Shown here piece by piece: positions 10,520-20,597 of a stretch of DNA of 64,000 nucleotides (its first letter is position 1; each line of letters begins with the position of its first letter). The notes beneath the pieces were generated by a model. The model was not told the origin of the DNA. It ran no database searches and saw nothing but the letters and a program-made list of their open reading frames with translations. Origin of the DNA: Nitrospirota bacterium (lineage in GTDB: Bacteria; Nitrospirota; UBA9217); NCBI GenBank assembly GCA_963845065.1, contig CAWJQQ010000008.1, positions 224,001 through 288,000 on the forward strand, given 5' to 3'. A program made the position numbers and the translations under genes.

Positions 10520-11434
10520 ATGAACGACCATGTGTATGATTGTGTCATCATCGGCGCAGGACCGGGAGGGTTGCAGGCCGCCATCTACCTCGGAAGGTAC
10601 AACCGGGATGTACTGCTTCTCGACCGCAGCGGCGGCAGGACATGGCACGCGCATCGGATTGAAAACGTCCTTAGTCACCGCGAGATAACGGGAAGTGAAA
10701 TCATCGAACGCGGGATGGAACAGGCGAGAAGCTTCAACGTCCATATCGAACGGAATCTCGTCGTGAATGTGCGCAAGAATGGTGTATTCAACGTCTCCAC
10801 AGCGCATACGGTATATCAGGCACGTTATGTCATTGTAGCCTCAGGTGTGTATGACCTTCTCCCTCCCATCGAGAATATCTTCCGTTTTTTGGGCATAAGC
10901 TATTTTACGTGCATTGATTGCGATGGATATAAGACTACGAACAAGCGCACAATTGTTATGGGGGACCATCTTGAAAGTGTGAATATTGCCCTCGGGATGC
11001 AACAGATGTTTACCAAGGACATTACATATATTCCGTACCGGTTCAGTTTACCTGATAGTGCAGAGGAAGTGCTTCAAGAGGAAGGGATCAAGGTCGTCAG
11101 CGTCGATCCGGTGAGAATCATCGGCGAGCGGGATATGGAGGCCCTAGAGCTCAAAAGCGGAGATCGCGTACCCTGCGAGGCGATCATGGCCTCATTCGGC
11201 ATTAAATTGAACGACGAGTTTTTAGCAGATTTGCCGCTGAAGAAAGACGTACTGGGATTCAAATACGTCGTCAACACTTCGTATGAATCGTCTTTGCGGG
11301 GGCTATACATTGTAGGTCCCCTCAATACCGGTCAGGACCAGGTTGTGATTTCGGCGGGAGAAGGGGCCGTAGCCGCCATCGATATTAATAAGCGACTTTT
11401 GGAAGAAAATTATACAACAAGGGAAAGGTCATAG
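10520..11434 (+). CDS. Thioredoxin reductase-like NAD(P)/FAD oxidoreductase
   Basis: IIGAGPGG, redox motif CIDCDG, QVVISAGEGAVAA. Confidence 0.85.
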   Translation: MNDHVYDCVIIGAGPGGLQAAIYLGRYNRDVLLLDRSGGRTWHAHRIENVLSHREITGSEIIERGMEQARSFNVHIERNLVVNVRKNGVFNVSTAHTVYQARYVIVASGVYDLLPPIENIFRFLGISYFTCIDCDGYKTTNKRTIVMGDHLESVNIALGMQQMFTKDITYIPYRFSLPDSAEEVLQEEGIKVVSVDPVRIIGERDMEALELKSGDRVPCEAIMASFGIKLNDEFLADLPLKKDVLGFKYVVNTSYESSLRGLYIVGPLNTGQDQVVISAGEGAVAAIDINKRLLEENYTTRERS

Positions 11435-12326
11435 AAACGGGATCCGTATGATGATGTGCGATGTCGCTAAAACCGTTTTTATATATTAGAAAGACAACTA
11501 ACGCGGTACAGAGGCAGTATATACCGAAAAAATGCCAACGGCCGCGTTCTAACCAGCTTGATAGCCAGCGAAGGGCCATAAGTCCGGCGACAAAGCTCAG
11601 TACCATACCCAAAAGACTTGGATAAAAAAGGCCTGCCGTGCTTGTGATGCTCAAGGCAGGCGCATGTTGTGCCTTCAGCAATCTCAAGACTTCTCTTACG
11701 ATGATGGGCGGTGTTAGAACGACGGCAAGGGCGAAGCTAAACTCCTCCGCCCGAGCTTTCGAGATCCCCAACAGAAGTCCCGAGGATATCGTCGCTCCGG
11801 ATCGTGAGAATCCGCGAAAGGGTAGACAGATGCCTTGCACGACGCCAATCAGCGAGGATTTCTTAACATCCAAGGCGTCTTCTCCGGCAACATCATGGCT
11901 CCTCCGGCCGGCAATGATGATTAATATCCCTACGACGGCAAGCGAAGCGGAGATCATGGTCAGGTTGCCGAACAACAGCTCGATTTCCGCATGGGGATGA
12001 CCGGCCATGAAGAATTTCTCAATTATATATTTCAACAACAAACCCACAACGCCCGTAAAACCCGTGGCGATTATGATGAGCTTCACGGAAGACCAAAAAA
12101 TTTGTCGTGAGGCAAAGAAACTTGCTTTCCATGATTTCCAAAAATACAATATTACTGCGAACATCGTACCGGTATGCAGCATCACCAGGAGAAGTGTCAT
12201 TTCAGGGTTCGTAGGGTCGAGGCCCATCAATTTCTCGGCAACGATGACATGGGCTGAACTTGAGACCGGTAAGAGCTCGGCCGCCCCCTGGACCACGGCA
12301 AGTACGATAATCTGGAACAACGTCAT
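11385..12326 (-). CDS. uppP: Undecaprenyl-diphosphate phosphatase
   Basis: VQGAAELLPVSSSAH and PFRGFSRSGATI BacA motifs; multiple TM segments. Confidence 0.9.
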   Translation of the reverse strand: MTLFQIIVLAVVQGAAELLPVSSSAHVIVAEKLMGLDPTNPEMTLLLVMLHTGTMFAVILYFWKSWKASFFASRQIFWSSVKLIIIATGFTGVVGLLLKYIIEKFFMAGHPHAEIELLFGNLTMISASLAVVGILIIIAGRRSHDVAGEDALDVKKSSLIGVVQGICLPFRGFSRSGATISSGLLLGISKARAEEFSFALAVVLTPPIIVREVLRLLKAQHAPALSITSTAGLFYPSLLGMVLSFVAGLMALRWLSSWLERGRWHFFGIYCLCTALVVFLIYKNGFSDIAHHHTDPVSMTFPLLYNFLPKVAY

Positions 12327-12502
12327 ACATTAACCTCGATTCAATTAATTCTGAATCTTGTAACCATAGGTCCTGGCATACCGGGGGCATACAGGTGAAC
12401 TCTAATTAAAGAAATTCTTGAAGGAATCAAATGCATGCTCTTATTCAAGGTACGCCAATGGCGCCCGCAGTGAAAGCGGCGATTCAGTAGCAGTTTCACG
12501 GG

Positions 12503-14299
12503 TCAGTAAGCGAAGTAGGGTCCCCTACCAATATTGGAGTTCGCTCCCTCTATTCCCACATAAATGTTTCGTCCGTAAAAGAACGGAAGTCCGAAGTCGA
12601 ACAGGCTTGATTCCACTGTTGAGCCGCCGATGTCAGAAAACGCAAGATTAGGTGTGGTAGACCACAAGTCGTCGAAATCGCCGATTTGGAAGAAAACATC
12701 GTTGCTCGGTGTACCGGAGGCACCTGCATTTGTTGCGGACAGAGTTACTACTATCGGTAAAAGGGATACCGCAGATTCGGGACAGAACCAAGACAAATTG
12801 TTGCTGCAGAGCGGCAACTGGCCAGATGACGGCGGCGTGAAAAAAAGCCCGTTCGAACCGCTATCGACGACGCTGGCGTAGAGGCTGCCGTTTTGAATGG
12901 TCCTGATTTCCCCGTGATCGTCAGCGTCATACATCGCAGCCCCGGTGGACGCATTGTTAGTCTGCGTGTCAATCCCAAACACAAGGATGCCGTTGGCCGA
13001 AAGTGATCCGGCCAAGGGAACGGTCGGCAACTGAACGATCACTCCGTTACTGTCCGTGGGCAGACTTACTACGGGATTTGTAACCTGATTGGAAAGAAGA
13101 ACAGTAGTCGGGGAACAGCCTGCTCCGTTGCATGAATAATAGATTCCGATTGGTGTGTCCACGCATGTTTGACCGCAGTCTTGGGCAAACACGCCGACCC
13201 CAAGTATGCCGTTGAAGAGGGCAGTGTCCGGACTCTGTTGTAGCTGTTGTAGCGTACTGCATGAAGAGGGTACGGTGCCGAAGGTAGCATCAATGACCTC
13301 GATGGGGACAGTTACGGCTAGCTCGTTTCCCAGGACGACATCCGCTATTTTGACTGGTCCCCAGTCGGCCGAGCCGTCGGCGAACTGGGCGCACGTAGCA
13401 AGCGAACCGGTAGAACTACTCATTACCTGAGTTAGATTGACAGTCAGGGCCTGTCGGAAGATACGGAGCCCATAGCTTCCTGTGTCCAGAAGAATGTCTT
13501 TAATCGTTTGACAGGCCGTCGTGGAGCCGGGTGTGCATACCGTAATACTAACACAGGGTTTGTTGAGATACAGAGAGGTAGTATTGGGCGAACAGAGCGA
13601 GCCGTTCACAGTAATAGGTTGTACGTTGCTTGCGACGGCAGTTGATCCTCCGCTTACCGAAAGGATGGCTGAGCCCGAAGAGTTACCCGATCTGGCTCTG
13701 GCAACAATCGATGCTGTGGCTGTTGTTGCAGTGGAGACAGCAGTGGCCAAGCCGCTGGCGTTGATGACTGCGACATCTGTTGCTGATGATGCCCAGATCA
13801 CCGACGATGTAATGTCCTGACTACTGCTGTCCGAATAATTGCCGGTGGCAGTGAACTGCTGCGTCGTTAACGTTGATGTTGAAGTAATGGTTGGGTTTTG
13901 AGGTGTAACCTCAATGGATACAAGCGTTGGTGCGGTCACCGCAAGGGTCGTCGAATGAGATATGGACCCTAGCGTAGCTGTAATTGTCGTTGTGCCCGTG
14001 GATCCTGTGGATAACGAAGTGGCCAGTCCATTGAAGTTGGTAGCATTGCTGATGGCTGCGACAGACGGGGTTGATGAATTCCAGGTCACAGACGCAGTTA
14101 AATCCCGAGTGGATGAATCCGAGAAGGTCCCCCGGGCTGTAAATTGCTCGGTCATTCCAAAAGCAATGCTCGGACTTGCAGGGGTCACCGAAAGAGATAT
14201 GAGCGTCGGCGGGGCACTGTTCGATGAAGTGCTAGAACATCCGCAGTTGATAAGCAGCAAAAAAATCAGCAAAAGAAGCAACACATTATTTGATTTCAT
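12503..14299 (-). CDS. DUF3443-family lipoprotein with two bacterial Ig-like (Big_2) repeats; pepsin-like motifs
   Basis: Lipoprotein-like signal (LLINCGC); two repeats of S(I/L)xVTP..QFTAxGx(F/Y)SDSS..DxTxSVxWxSS; YLNKPCVSITVCTPGS, LLDTGSYGLR, DSGSNGLFF, FDFGLPFFYGRNIY. Confidence 0.85.
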   Translation of the reverse strand: MKSNNVLLLLLIFLLLINCGCSSTSSNSAPPTLISLSVTPASPSIAFGMTEQFTARGTFSDSSTRDLTASVTWNSSTPSVAAISNATNFNGLATSLSTGSTGTTTITATLGSISHSTTLAVTAPTLVSIEVTPQNPTITSTSTLTTQQFTATGNYSDSSSQDITSSVIWASSATDVAVINASGLATAVSTATTATASIVARARSGNSSGSAILSVSGGSTAVASNVQPITVNGSLCSPNTTSLYLNKPCVSITVCTPGSTTACQTIKDILLDTGSYGLRIFRQALTVNLTQVMSSSTGSLATCAQFADGSADWGPVKIADVVLGNELAVTVPIEVIDATFGTVPSSCSTLQQLQQSPDTALFNGILGVGVFAQDCGQTCVDTPIGIYYSCNGAGCSPTTVLLSNQVTNPVVSLPTDSNGVIVQLPTVPLAGSLSANGILVFGIDTQTNNASTGAAMYDADDHGEIRTIQNGSLYASVVDSGSNGLFFTPPSSGQLPLCSNNLSWFCPESAVSLLPIVVTLSATNAGASGTPSNDVFFQIGDFDDLWSTTPNLAFSDIGGSTVESSLFDFGLPFFYGRNIYVGIEGANSNIGRGPYFAY

Positions 14300-14756
14300 C
14301 AATAGTAACCCCCTGAGGCACCAATGCGGGTGCGTAAGCTCGACCTTGCAAGTGCCGCATATGCCCCCATGTTTCCACGACCACGCGGCTTGTTTTTACT
14401 TGCTGGGTTCTTCTGCCGTGTGTGTGGGGCAACTTACGCTGGGCTTCTCGGTACTCATCCGAGTAGGAGCCGAGAAGCTGAGTAAGATCAGGGTTGACCA
14501 AACCGCTCCATGCGACGGCAAAGACGATGCCGGACGAAGAGATATATTCACGAACAGTGACTGCATCGGATTCAATCTGCTGGACTGTGTAGTTTGCATG
14601 GGTAGTTGTAACACTTTGCATGGCCGAGAGGGCTTTTCGGTCGACCGTCACCGAGCCAGCCAATTCTCCCAGTACGGCCTGAACTGTCCGGGGCGTCGCA
14701 AGAACAACCGTCAACAGACTTAAGCCGGCAACTATGGAGTAAAAATTTTTTTTCAT
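14286..14756 (-). CDS. DUF2844-family secreted protein
   Basis: Signal peptide; TVREYISSSGIVFAVAWSG..PDLTQLLGSY..GHMRHLQGRAY; overlaps the start of the DUF3443 gene. Confidence 0.82.
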   Translation of the reverse strand: MKKNFYSIVAGLSLLTVVLATPRTVQAVLGELAGSVTVDRKALSAMQSVTTTHANYTVQQIESDAVTVREYISSSGIVFAVAWSGLVNPDLTQLLGSYSDEYREAQRKLPHTHGRRTQQVKTSRVVVETWGHMRHLQGRAYAPALVPQGVTIDEIK

Positions 14757-14905
14757 AATCGTAGGGTGACCTTCCTGCTTTCCTAATCCTTTCATCGGAT
14801 AAACACAGCTCTTTCCCCAATTTTTTCTGCCCAATGATACAATGTATTCCGTCAATAATTCAAGAGAAATATTATAAAGTATGGCACAGCCATACGAAAA
14901 AAATG

Positions 14906-15913
14906 CTATTCCCACCTGAATATGAACGATCCTATGAGTAGAAAAACCGCTGCCATGAGGCCGAGTGTTGTCAGCTGCGGAGCTATAGCCACAAGCCCTG
15001 CACCTTCAGTCATAATGGCACGGGCTGCATCAACGATATGCGTGAGGGGCAGGAACTTGGCTATATTCTGAACGACCGGGTTCGTGCCTTCAAGCGAGAA
15101 CCAGACGCCTGAGAGCAGCATCATGGGCCAGGTGATGAGGTTCAATATACCTCCTGCAAGCTCTTCACTCGACAGCCGCGCTGAGACGAGAAGACCTAGT
15201 GAGATAAGGCAAATTGCGCCGAGAAGGGAAACGAGAAAGAGGTTCACATATGAGCCGCGCATCTGGAAATGGATGAAGTAGTTGCAGCCCCCGTATACGA
15301 GGGTGGTGATGGTCTGGATCAGGATGAGGCGCGAAACCATCTGCGCGGACAAAAACTCGAAGGGATTAAGTGGCGTTGCCTTGAGTCTTTTGAGAAACCC
15401 GTTTTTCCGGTACCGGACAATCACATATCCGACGCCGAACAGGCAGGAAAACATCATGTTCATAGCCAGTATACCGGGTACGACCCAGTCCACATAGCGG
15501 ATTTGGCGGCCCTGGACTGTGCGGCGCTCGTATCTCGGCACGCTTGGACTTTGAAGCATCCGTTCAAGCAGATATCCATTGGGTGCGTTCTCGTTGATCC
15601 AGTAGTGCATGCCCGAACGCACGTCCAAAAGCATATCGAGCTTGAAATGTTCGACTTTGTCGAGCGCCTGAGCGAGGTCATCCATGGTGATGAACTGGAC
15701 ATATTTCGTGCTAAAAAATTCCTGCTCCGATTTAGTGAGACGGGACGTGTCCCCGATGACGCCGACTTTGAATAGAGGCTTGGTTTCGCCGGAGAAGACG
15801 AAGGCAAAACTTAACACTAGCAGGAGCGGGAACAGAATGTTCCATCCCAGAGACGACTTGTCGCGGATGAATTCCATATTCCTGGCGTGTAGTATGGCGA
15901 AAAATTTTTTCAT
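14906..15913 (-). CDS. ABC-2 type exporter permease
   Basis: YVDWVVPGILAMN, GFLKRLKATPL, LPLTH; hydrophobic segments. Confidence 0.9.
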   Translation of the reverse strand: MKKFFAILHARNMEFIRDKSSLGWNILFPLLLVLSFAFVFSGETKPLFKVGVIGDTSRLTKSEQEFFSTKYVQFITMDDLAQALDKVEHFKLDMLLDVRSGMHYWINENAPNGYLLERMLQSPSVPRYERRTVQGRQIRYVDWVVPGILAMNMMFSCLFGVGYVIVRYRKNGFLKRLKATPLNPFEFLSAQMVSRLILIQTITTLVYGGCNYFIHFQMRGSYVNLFLVSLLGAICLISLGLLVSARLSSEELAGGILNLITWPMMLLSGVWFSLEGTNPVVQNIAKFLPLTHIVDAARAIMTEGAGLVAIAPQLTTLGLMAAVFLLIGSFIFRWE

Positions 15914-16107
15914 AGAAACCTTAGGGAGATAAACTGCTTCGATGCACAGTCATGGCGAAAAGCATCCACTGTTGAACCTCAGATGAACACGGCAATAAAT
16001 AAGAAGATCGGAAAGGGTCAAAGCAAGCCCAGAGAAACTTAGGATGCTAATCCGCCGTTACGAAGGAATTTTTAGTATCTCCGTACCTCCGTGACGGTGT
16101 CTTGATT

Positions 16108-16992
16108 CTATGCTCTCAAGTCTTTGCCCGTGAGCGCGATGAAGAGGTCTTCGAGGTTCCAAGAGCGCATATTCATCCGCTTGAGAGACACACCCCGAGC
16201 CATAAGTATCCTTATGGCATCATCCACATCATGGGTCTGGATTTCACACCAAGCCGGCTGTTTCGACGTACAAAGTCCGGTCCCGTCCAGCTTGCCGTTT
16301 ACGTCCTCTTCCGGGAGCTGCAGAATAACACTGCCGAAGTGATCCTTCAGCAGTTTTATCGGTGTGCCTTGCGTAATGATCCTGCCGTGGTCCATAATGG
16401 CGATCTCATCGCATAGCGTGTAGGCTTCGTCCATATAATGGGTTGTCAGAACGATGGTTTTACCTTTGGATCGGATCATTGCTATAAGGTCCCAGAAATT
16501 CCTGCGTGCCTGGGGGTCGAGGCCTGTCGTCGGCTCATCAAGAAAAAGCACTTCCGGGTCGTTCACGAGCGCCAGGGCCATGAGCAGCCGCTGCCGTTGG
16601 CCTCCGGAAAGTTTTCGGTTATCGCGGTCGAGGAACTCGTCAAGGCTTAAAAGCCGGACTACCTCGCTGAACTTCATTGCTCGCGGGTAAAGGTTCTTAA
16701 ACAGCTGCAGCGTCTCCCGGACGGTCAGAAACTCTTGGAGCGACGTGACCTGAAACTGGATCCCCGCCTCCTTCCGGAATCGGGCGCCAACAGGTGTTCC
16801 TTTATACAACGTGACGCCAGAATCCGGCTTCAGGATACCCTCGACGATCTCGATGAGCGTAGTCTTACCAGCGCCGTTTGGGCCGAGCAGGCCGTAGCAG
16901 AGACCATGACCTATGGAGAGGCTTACATCATCCACAGCCCGTATACCGGGAAAGGTTTTGATTATGTTTCGTATTTCAATAATAGGCGGCAT
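16108..16992 (-). CDS. ABC exporter ATP-binding protein
   Basis: GPNGAGKTT, LSGGQRQR, FLDEPTTGLDP. Confidence 0.93.
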   Translation of the reverse strand: MPPIIEIRNIIKTFPGIRAVDDVSLSIGHGLCYGLLGPNGAGKTTLIEIVEGILKPDSGVTLYKGTPVGARFRKEAGIQFQVTSLQEFLTVRETLQLFKNLYPRAMKFSEVVRLLSLDEFLDRDNRKLSGGQRQRLLMALALVNDPEVLFLDEPTTGLDPQARRNFWDLIAMIRSKGKTIVLTTHYMDEAYTLCDEIAIMDHGRIITQGTPIKLLKDHFGSVILQLPEEDVNGKLDGTGLCTSKQPAWCEIQTHDVDDAIRILMARGVSLKRMNMRSWNLEDLFIALTGKDLRA

Positions 16993-17255
16993 GATTGCAA
17001 TGGTCTAATTCGAACGCGCTAAAGCCTCTCGGGCCATCCTTTCCAGCGGGGCGAGGATGGTGGAAATCAAGGAGATTCTGTGAGTACGCGACATATATCT
17101 TTTGCTTGATTATAAGCCACTGTCAATTGTGTGCTCGATACAGTATCACGCGGACAGTATACAGTCAAGTCAGGACGCAGAATTGAAACGCGGTCAATGT
17201 CCAAGAATGATATAATTTTATCATATATTTGAATAGAAACTGCGAGGAGGAGCTA

Positions 17256-18050
17256 GTGAAAATAAAAATGCCGGTACTCTTCATCGGCCACGGTTCACCA
17301 ATGAACATTATATTCGATAATAGCTACACCAAGAGTCTTGCGTCGCTTGGCAGGAGCCTGCCGAAGCCCAAAGCGATTTTGGTGGTTTCAGCGCACTGGC
17401 TTACCAAGGCCACCTCTGTCACGTGCACGGAGAAGCCGAAGACCATCCACGATTTTTACGGTTTTCCTGACGAACTCTACGCCATGCGCTATCCCTGTCC
17501 AGGCGCACCACGCGAAGCCCGGCTGGTGACGGAAATGGTAAAAAACGTAAAGGTAGTCTGTGGTGAATGGGGACTTGATCATGCGTCGTGGGCTGTTTTA
17601 AAACATATCTATCCAACTGCGGATATACCCGTGTTCGAGATGAGCCTCGCCTACGCGTACAATGAATGGCATCCGAAGCCGCTCCAGTATCATTATGACC
17701 TTGCACGTGAACTGTCCGGACTGCGGGATCAAGGCGTGCTGATCATCGGGAGCGGGAATATCGTACACAATCTCGGGATGCTGGACTTTGAAAATATTGA
17801 TGCCCCGATATTTGACTGGGCAGACGAATTCGACGAAGATGTGAAGAAAAATCTGGTCGATGGAAACCATGACGCCCTGATCCACTATCACAACCTCGGG
17901 AGCACATCACTCCTTGCAGTGCCGACGCTCGACCATTATCTCCCGATGATCTACACTATTGCGCTACAGGAAAAAAACGAACCACTGACGTTCACGCATG
18001 AAGGATTCCAGTATGGTTCGGTGTCGATGCGATGTTTTCAGATCGGTTAA
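17256..18050 (+). CDS. ygiD: 4,5-DOPA extradiol dioxygenase (LigB-like)
   Basis: MPVLFIGHGSPMN, SAHW, TIHDFYGFP, GLDH, GSGNIVHNL; SD gaggagg before GTG 17256. Confidence 0.88.
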   Translation: MKIKMPVLFIGHGSPMNIIFDNSYTKSLASLGRSLPKPKAILVVSAHWLTKATSVTCTEKPKTIHDFYGFPDELYAMRYPCPGAPREARLVTEMVKNVKVVCGEWGLDHASWAVLKHIYPTADIPVFEMSLAYAYNEWHPKPLQYHYDLARELSGLRDQGVLIIGSGNIVHNLGMLDFENIDAPIFDWADEFDEDVKKNLVDGNHDALIHYHNLGSTSLLAVPTLDHYLPMIYTIALQEKNEPLTFTHEGFQYGSVSMRCFQIG

Positions 18051-18307
18051 GAACAGATTTTGATTTACAAATAACCATGTATTGACAGGAATTCCACCCT
18101 GCCTTTAAAAAAAATCGCATGGTAATCAAACATGTTGCTTTCTTATCAAGCTTAAAAGCAAAACCGTCAGACATTATTTTGTCGTTTGAACAATGTTTCA
18201 CAAAACAGCGATGCTTAGATTATATCAAAGGGAAGTTCCCGGAGGAGAGATGCTGAAGTTGCCGTTGTCAGATTGCTACGTAAGCACGAGAGGACAACGA
18301 CGCGGCT

Positions 18308-20323
18308 CTATTTCAAGATTTGGAAAAGGTTGCTATAATCGTCAGTCCAAGCCCGGAGTTCGGGTCGTGCGGTAAGTTCTTCCGCGGCCTTCTTGATGGT
18401 CGGGTCTTCTATGGGCTGCGACGAGATTAGCGCCCATTGGGAACGGAATAGATTGTGCTGCTCGTCTGAATCCGTCGAGATAAGAATGGCCTGCTTGCCG
18501 AGTACGTCACTGAGCTTCCGCACAACTGGTGCAAGATCGAGGTGTGTATTCGTGATGTGGAGTGCCAGGATGCCGCCTAGTTTCAGATGACGGAAATACA
18601 GCTCCAGCGCCTGTCTAGTGATCAGGTGCACGGGTATGGCATCGCCTGAGAAAGCATCGACCACAAGGAGGTCGTAATGTTGGTTCGGTTCGCGTTCGAG
18701 CGAGAGGCGGCCATCGCCCAAAACCACATCGACCTTGCCCCTGCAGTCCTTCAGATAGGTGAATTCACTTCGCGCGAGCTGCTCCACCAGCGGATTTATC
18801 TCGTAGAATCGGAATACGTCCCCGGGTCGGGCATAGGCGGCAAGTGAGCCGGCGCCGAGCCCGATGACGCCGACGCGCAGGGATGAATGCCGGAGATAGC
18901 TCTCGGCAAGCGATACACCGGACTCTGGACCGTAGTAGGATATCCGCGCACGGCGCTGGGCTATGGGCGTGTACTGAATGCCGTGCGTGACGGTCCCGTG
19001 AACGAGTACCCGTATTTCGTTGTTCGTTCCCTTATGATATTCATTCACACGCAGTCCGCCGTAGAAATTCCTAGCCATCACGAGTACCTGGTGTCCGTAG
19101 GAGGTTATGTAATGCGTTGACATGAGGATTACCGCGGTCGCCGTTACCCAGCCAATAAAAAGGACAATACGCGATCTGCGATACTCCAACACGATGAGCA
19201 GAAGGACTGAGGAGAACATGAGGGTGATTGGAAGCTCGAAGTATGCGGGCAGGACTTTAGGCGCGATTAGTCCCACGAACAGGCCTCCGAGCGCTCCGCC
19301 GATAGAGAGCATAAGATAAAACGATGTCAAGTGCCGCGGCGCCGGTTTGCGCTTTACGAGTTCGCCGTGAAAGAACAAGCAAGAAATGAAGAGGCCCGAA
19401 GAAAAGGTCGCAATGACCAGTCTGATGTTGGTATGCGAGTTCCAGCTTATTAGTCCGTAGCCCATTCCGCCCAGAGCGAGGACGAAAAGCCAAATAAAAA
19501 TGTTCCGGTTGTAAAGCCGTTCGTAGTCAAACGTCAGGATAAAGGTAAGGAGATACAGGCTGAGCGGCAGCACCCAGAGGAACGGGATCGACGCTACATT
19601 TTGTGTCAGGTGGTTGGTTACAGAGAGCAGGAGCGTTGAGGCGCATCCCGCCAGCAGGAGCCAGAGAACCTGTTCCCGAACTTTTGGCGGAGGGCAATCC
19701 ATTAATGCGGTTTCTACAGGTTCGTCGCAGACATCGAGGATCGTATTGCGTCGGCTCCGGAAGGCTGTTATTATGCCGAGCGCGGCAAAAATTGCAAAGG
19801 CCGTTGACCAGCCCAGGGACTGCTGCCTGATCGTAACGTTTGGCTCGACAAGGAGTGGGTATGCCAGAAGCCCCAGGAGTGAGGCGAGGTTTGAGAGCCC
19901 GAAGAGCCTGTAGGGCAGCGCTGCTTTGTGCGTTCGTGCATACCAGGCCTGGATGAGCGGGCTAGTAGTTGAGAGCAGGAAGTAGGGCAGTCCGATGGAG
20001 ACCGTCAAGAGACCGAGAATGCTCAGGATAGGATCCTCAGTGCCTGATGGCTTCCACGTCAGCGACGGCGCCACGGGTAGGAGCAGGAGGCTTGCCGCAA
20101 GCAGGCTTATATGTACGGCAGCCTGCGACTTAGGCTTGAGAGTTCGGATGGACCAGTGCGCATAGAGATAGCCGCCAAGCAGGGTAATCTGAAAAAAAAG
20201 CATCGCCGTTATCCAGACCGACGCAGAGCCGCCGAACCAGGGCAGGATCATCTTAGCTATCATCGGCTGGATCTGAAAAAGCAGGAAGGCGCTCAAAAAT
20301 ATGGTAAGGGCATAAAGGGACAT
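18308..20323 (-). CDS. Fused multi-TM / spermidine synthase-like SAM-dependent methyltransferase protein
   Basis: AFLLFQIQPMIAK..PWFGG membrane region; VIGLGAGSLA, YEINP, GDGRLSL, VDAFSGDAIPVHL, WTDDYSNL. Confidence 0.85.
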   Translation of the reverse strand: MSLYALTIFLSAFLLFQIQPMIAKMILPWFGGSASVWITAMLFFQITLLGGYLYAHWSIRTLKPKSQAAVHISLLAASLLLLPVAPSLTWKPSGTEDPILSILGLLTVSIGLPYFLLSTTSPLIQAWYARTHKAALPYRLFGLSNLASLLGLLAYPLLVEPNVTIRQQSLGWSTAFAIFAALGIITAFRSRRNTILDVCDEPVETALMDCPPPKVREQVLWLLLAGCASTLLLSVTNHLTQNVASIPFLWVLPLSLYLLTFILTFDYERLYNRNIFIWLFVLALGGMGYGLISWNSHTNIRLVIATFSSGLFISCLFFHGELVKRKPAPRHLTSFYLMLSIGGALGGLFVGLIAPKVLPAYFELPITLMFSSVLLLIVLEYRRSRIVLFIGWVTATAVILMSTHYITSYGHQVLVMARNFYGGLRVNEYHKGTNNEIRVLVHGTVTHGIQYTPIAQRRARISYYGPESGVSLAESYLRHSSLRVGVIGLGAGSLAAYARPGDVFRFYEINPLVEQLARSEFTYLKDCRGKVDVVLGDGRLSLEREPNQHYDLLVVDAFSGDAIPVHLITRQALELYFRHLKLGGILALHITNTHLDLAPVVRKLSDVLGKQAILISTDSDEQHNLFRSQWALISSQPIEDPTIKKAAEELTARPELRAWTDDYSNLFQILK

Positions 20324-20597
20324 CACAAGCCGCGATTGTACCACAACATTTTGCAATAATCTCGAAAAAAAAGGACAATGTTGCACGACCTTTCGACACA
20401 TTAGCCGAATTCTGTCGATCTTTGAGTATCAAAAAACCGGATTAACCTTGTCTTTTCGATGTTTTTTTGGTACCCTTGATATAAGGGGTCCGGGCCACGA
20501 GTCCATATCTATCGTGCACCAGACGATGTCTTGCCATGACTTTTTGATGACCACGTTCAGGTCCGAGAACTTGCGGTACCTGCCCCAAGAGGGTAGC

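Noticed and set aside
11385..11434. 50-nt convergent overlap of uppP and the reductase gene
   Set aside because: Likely simple stop-codon drift; common
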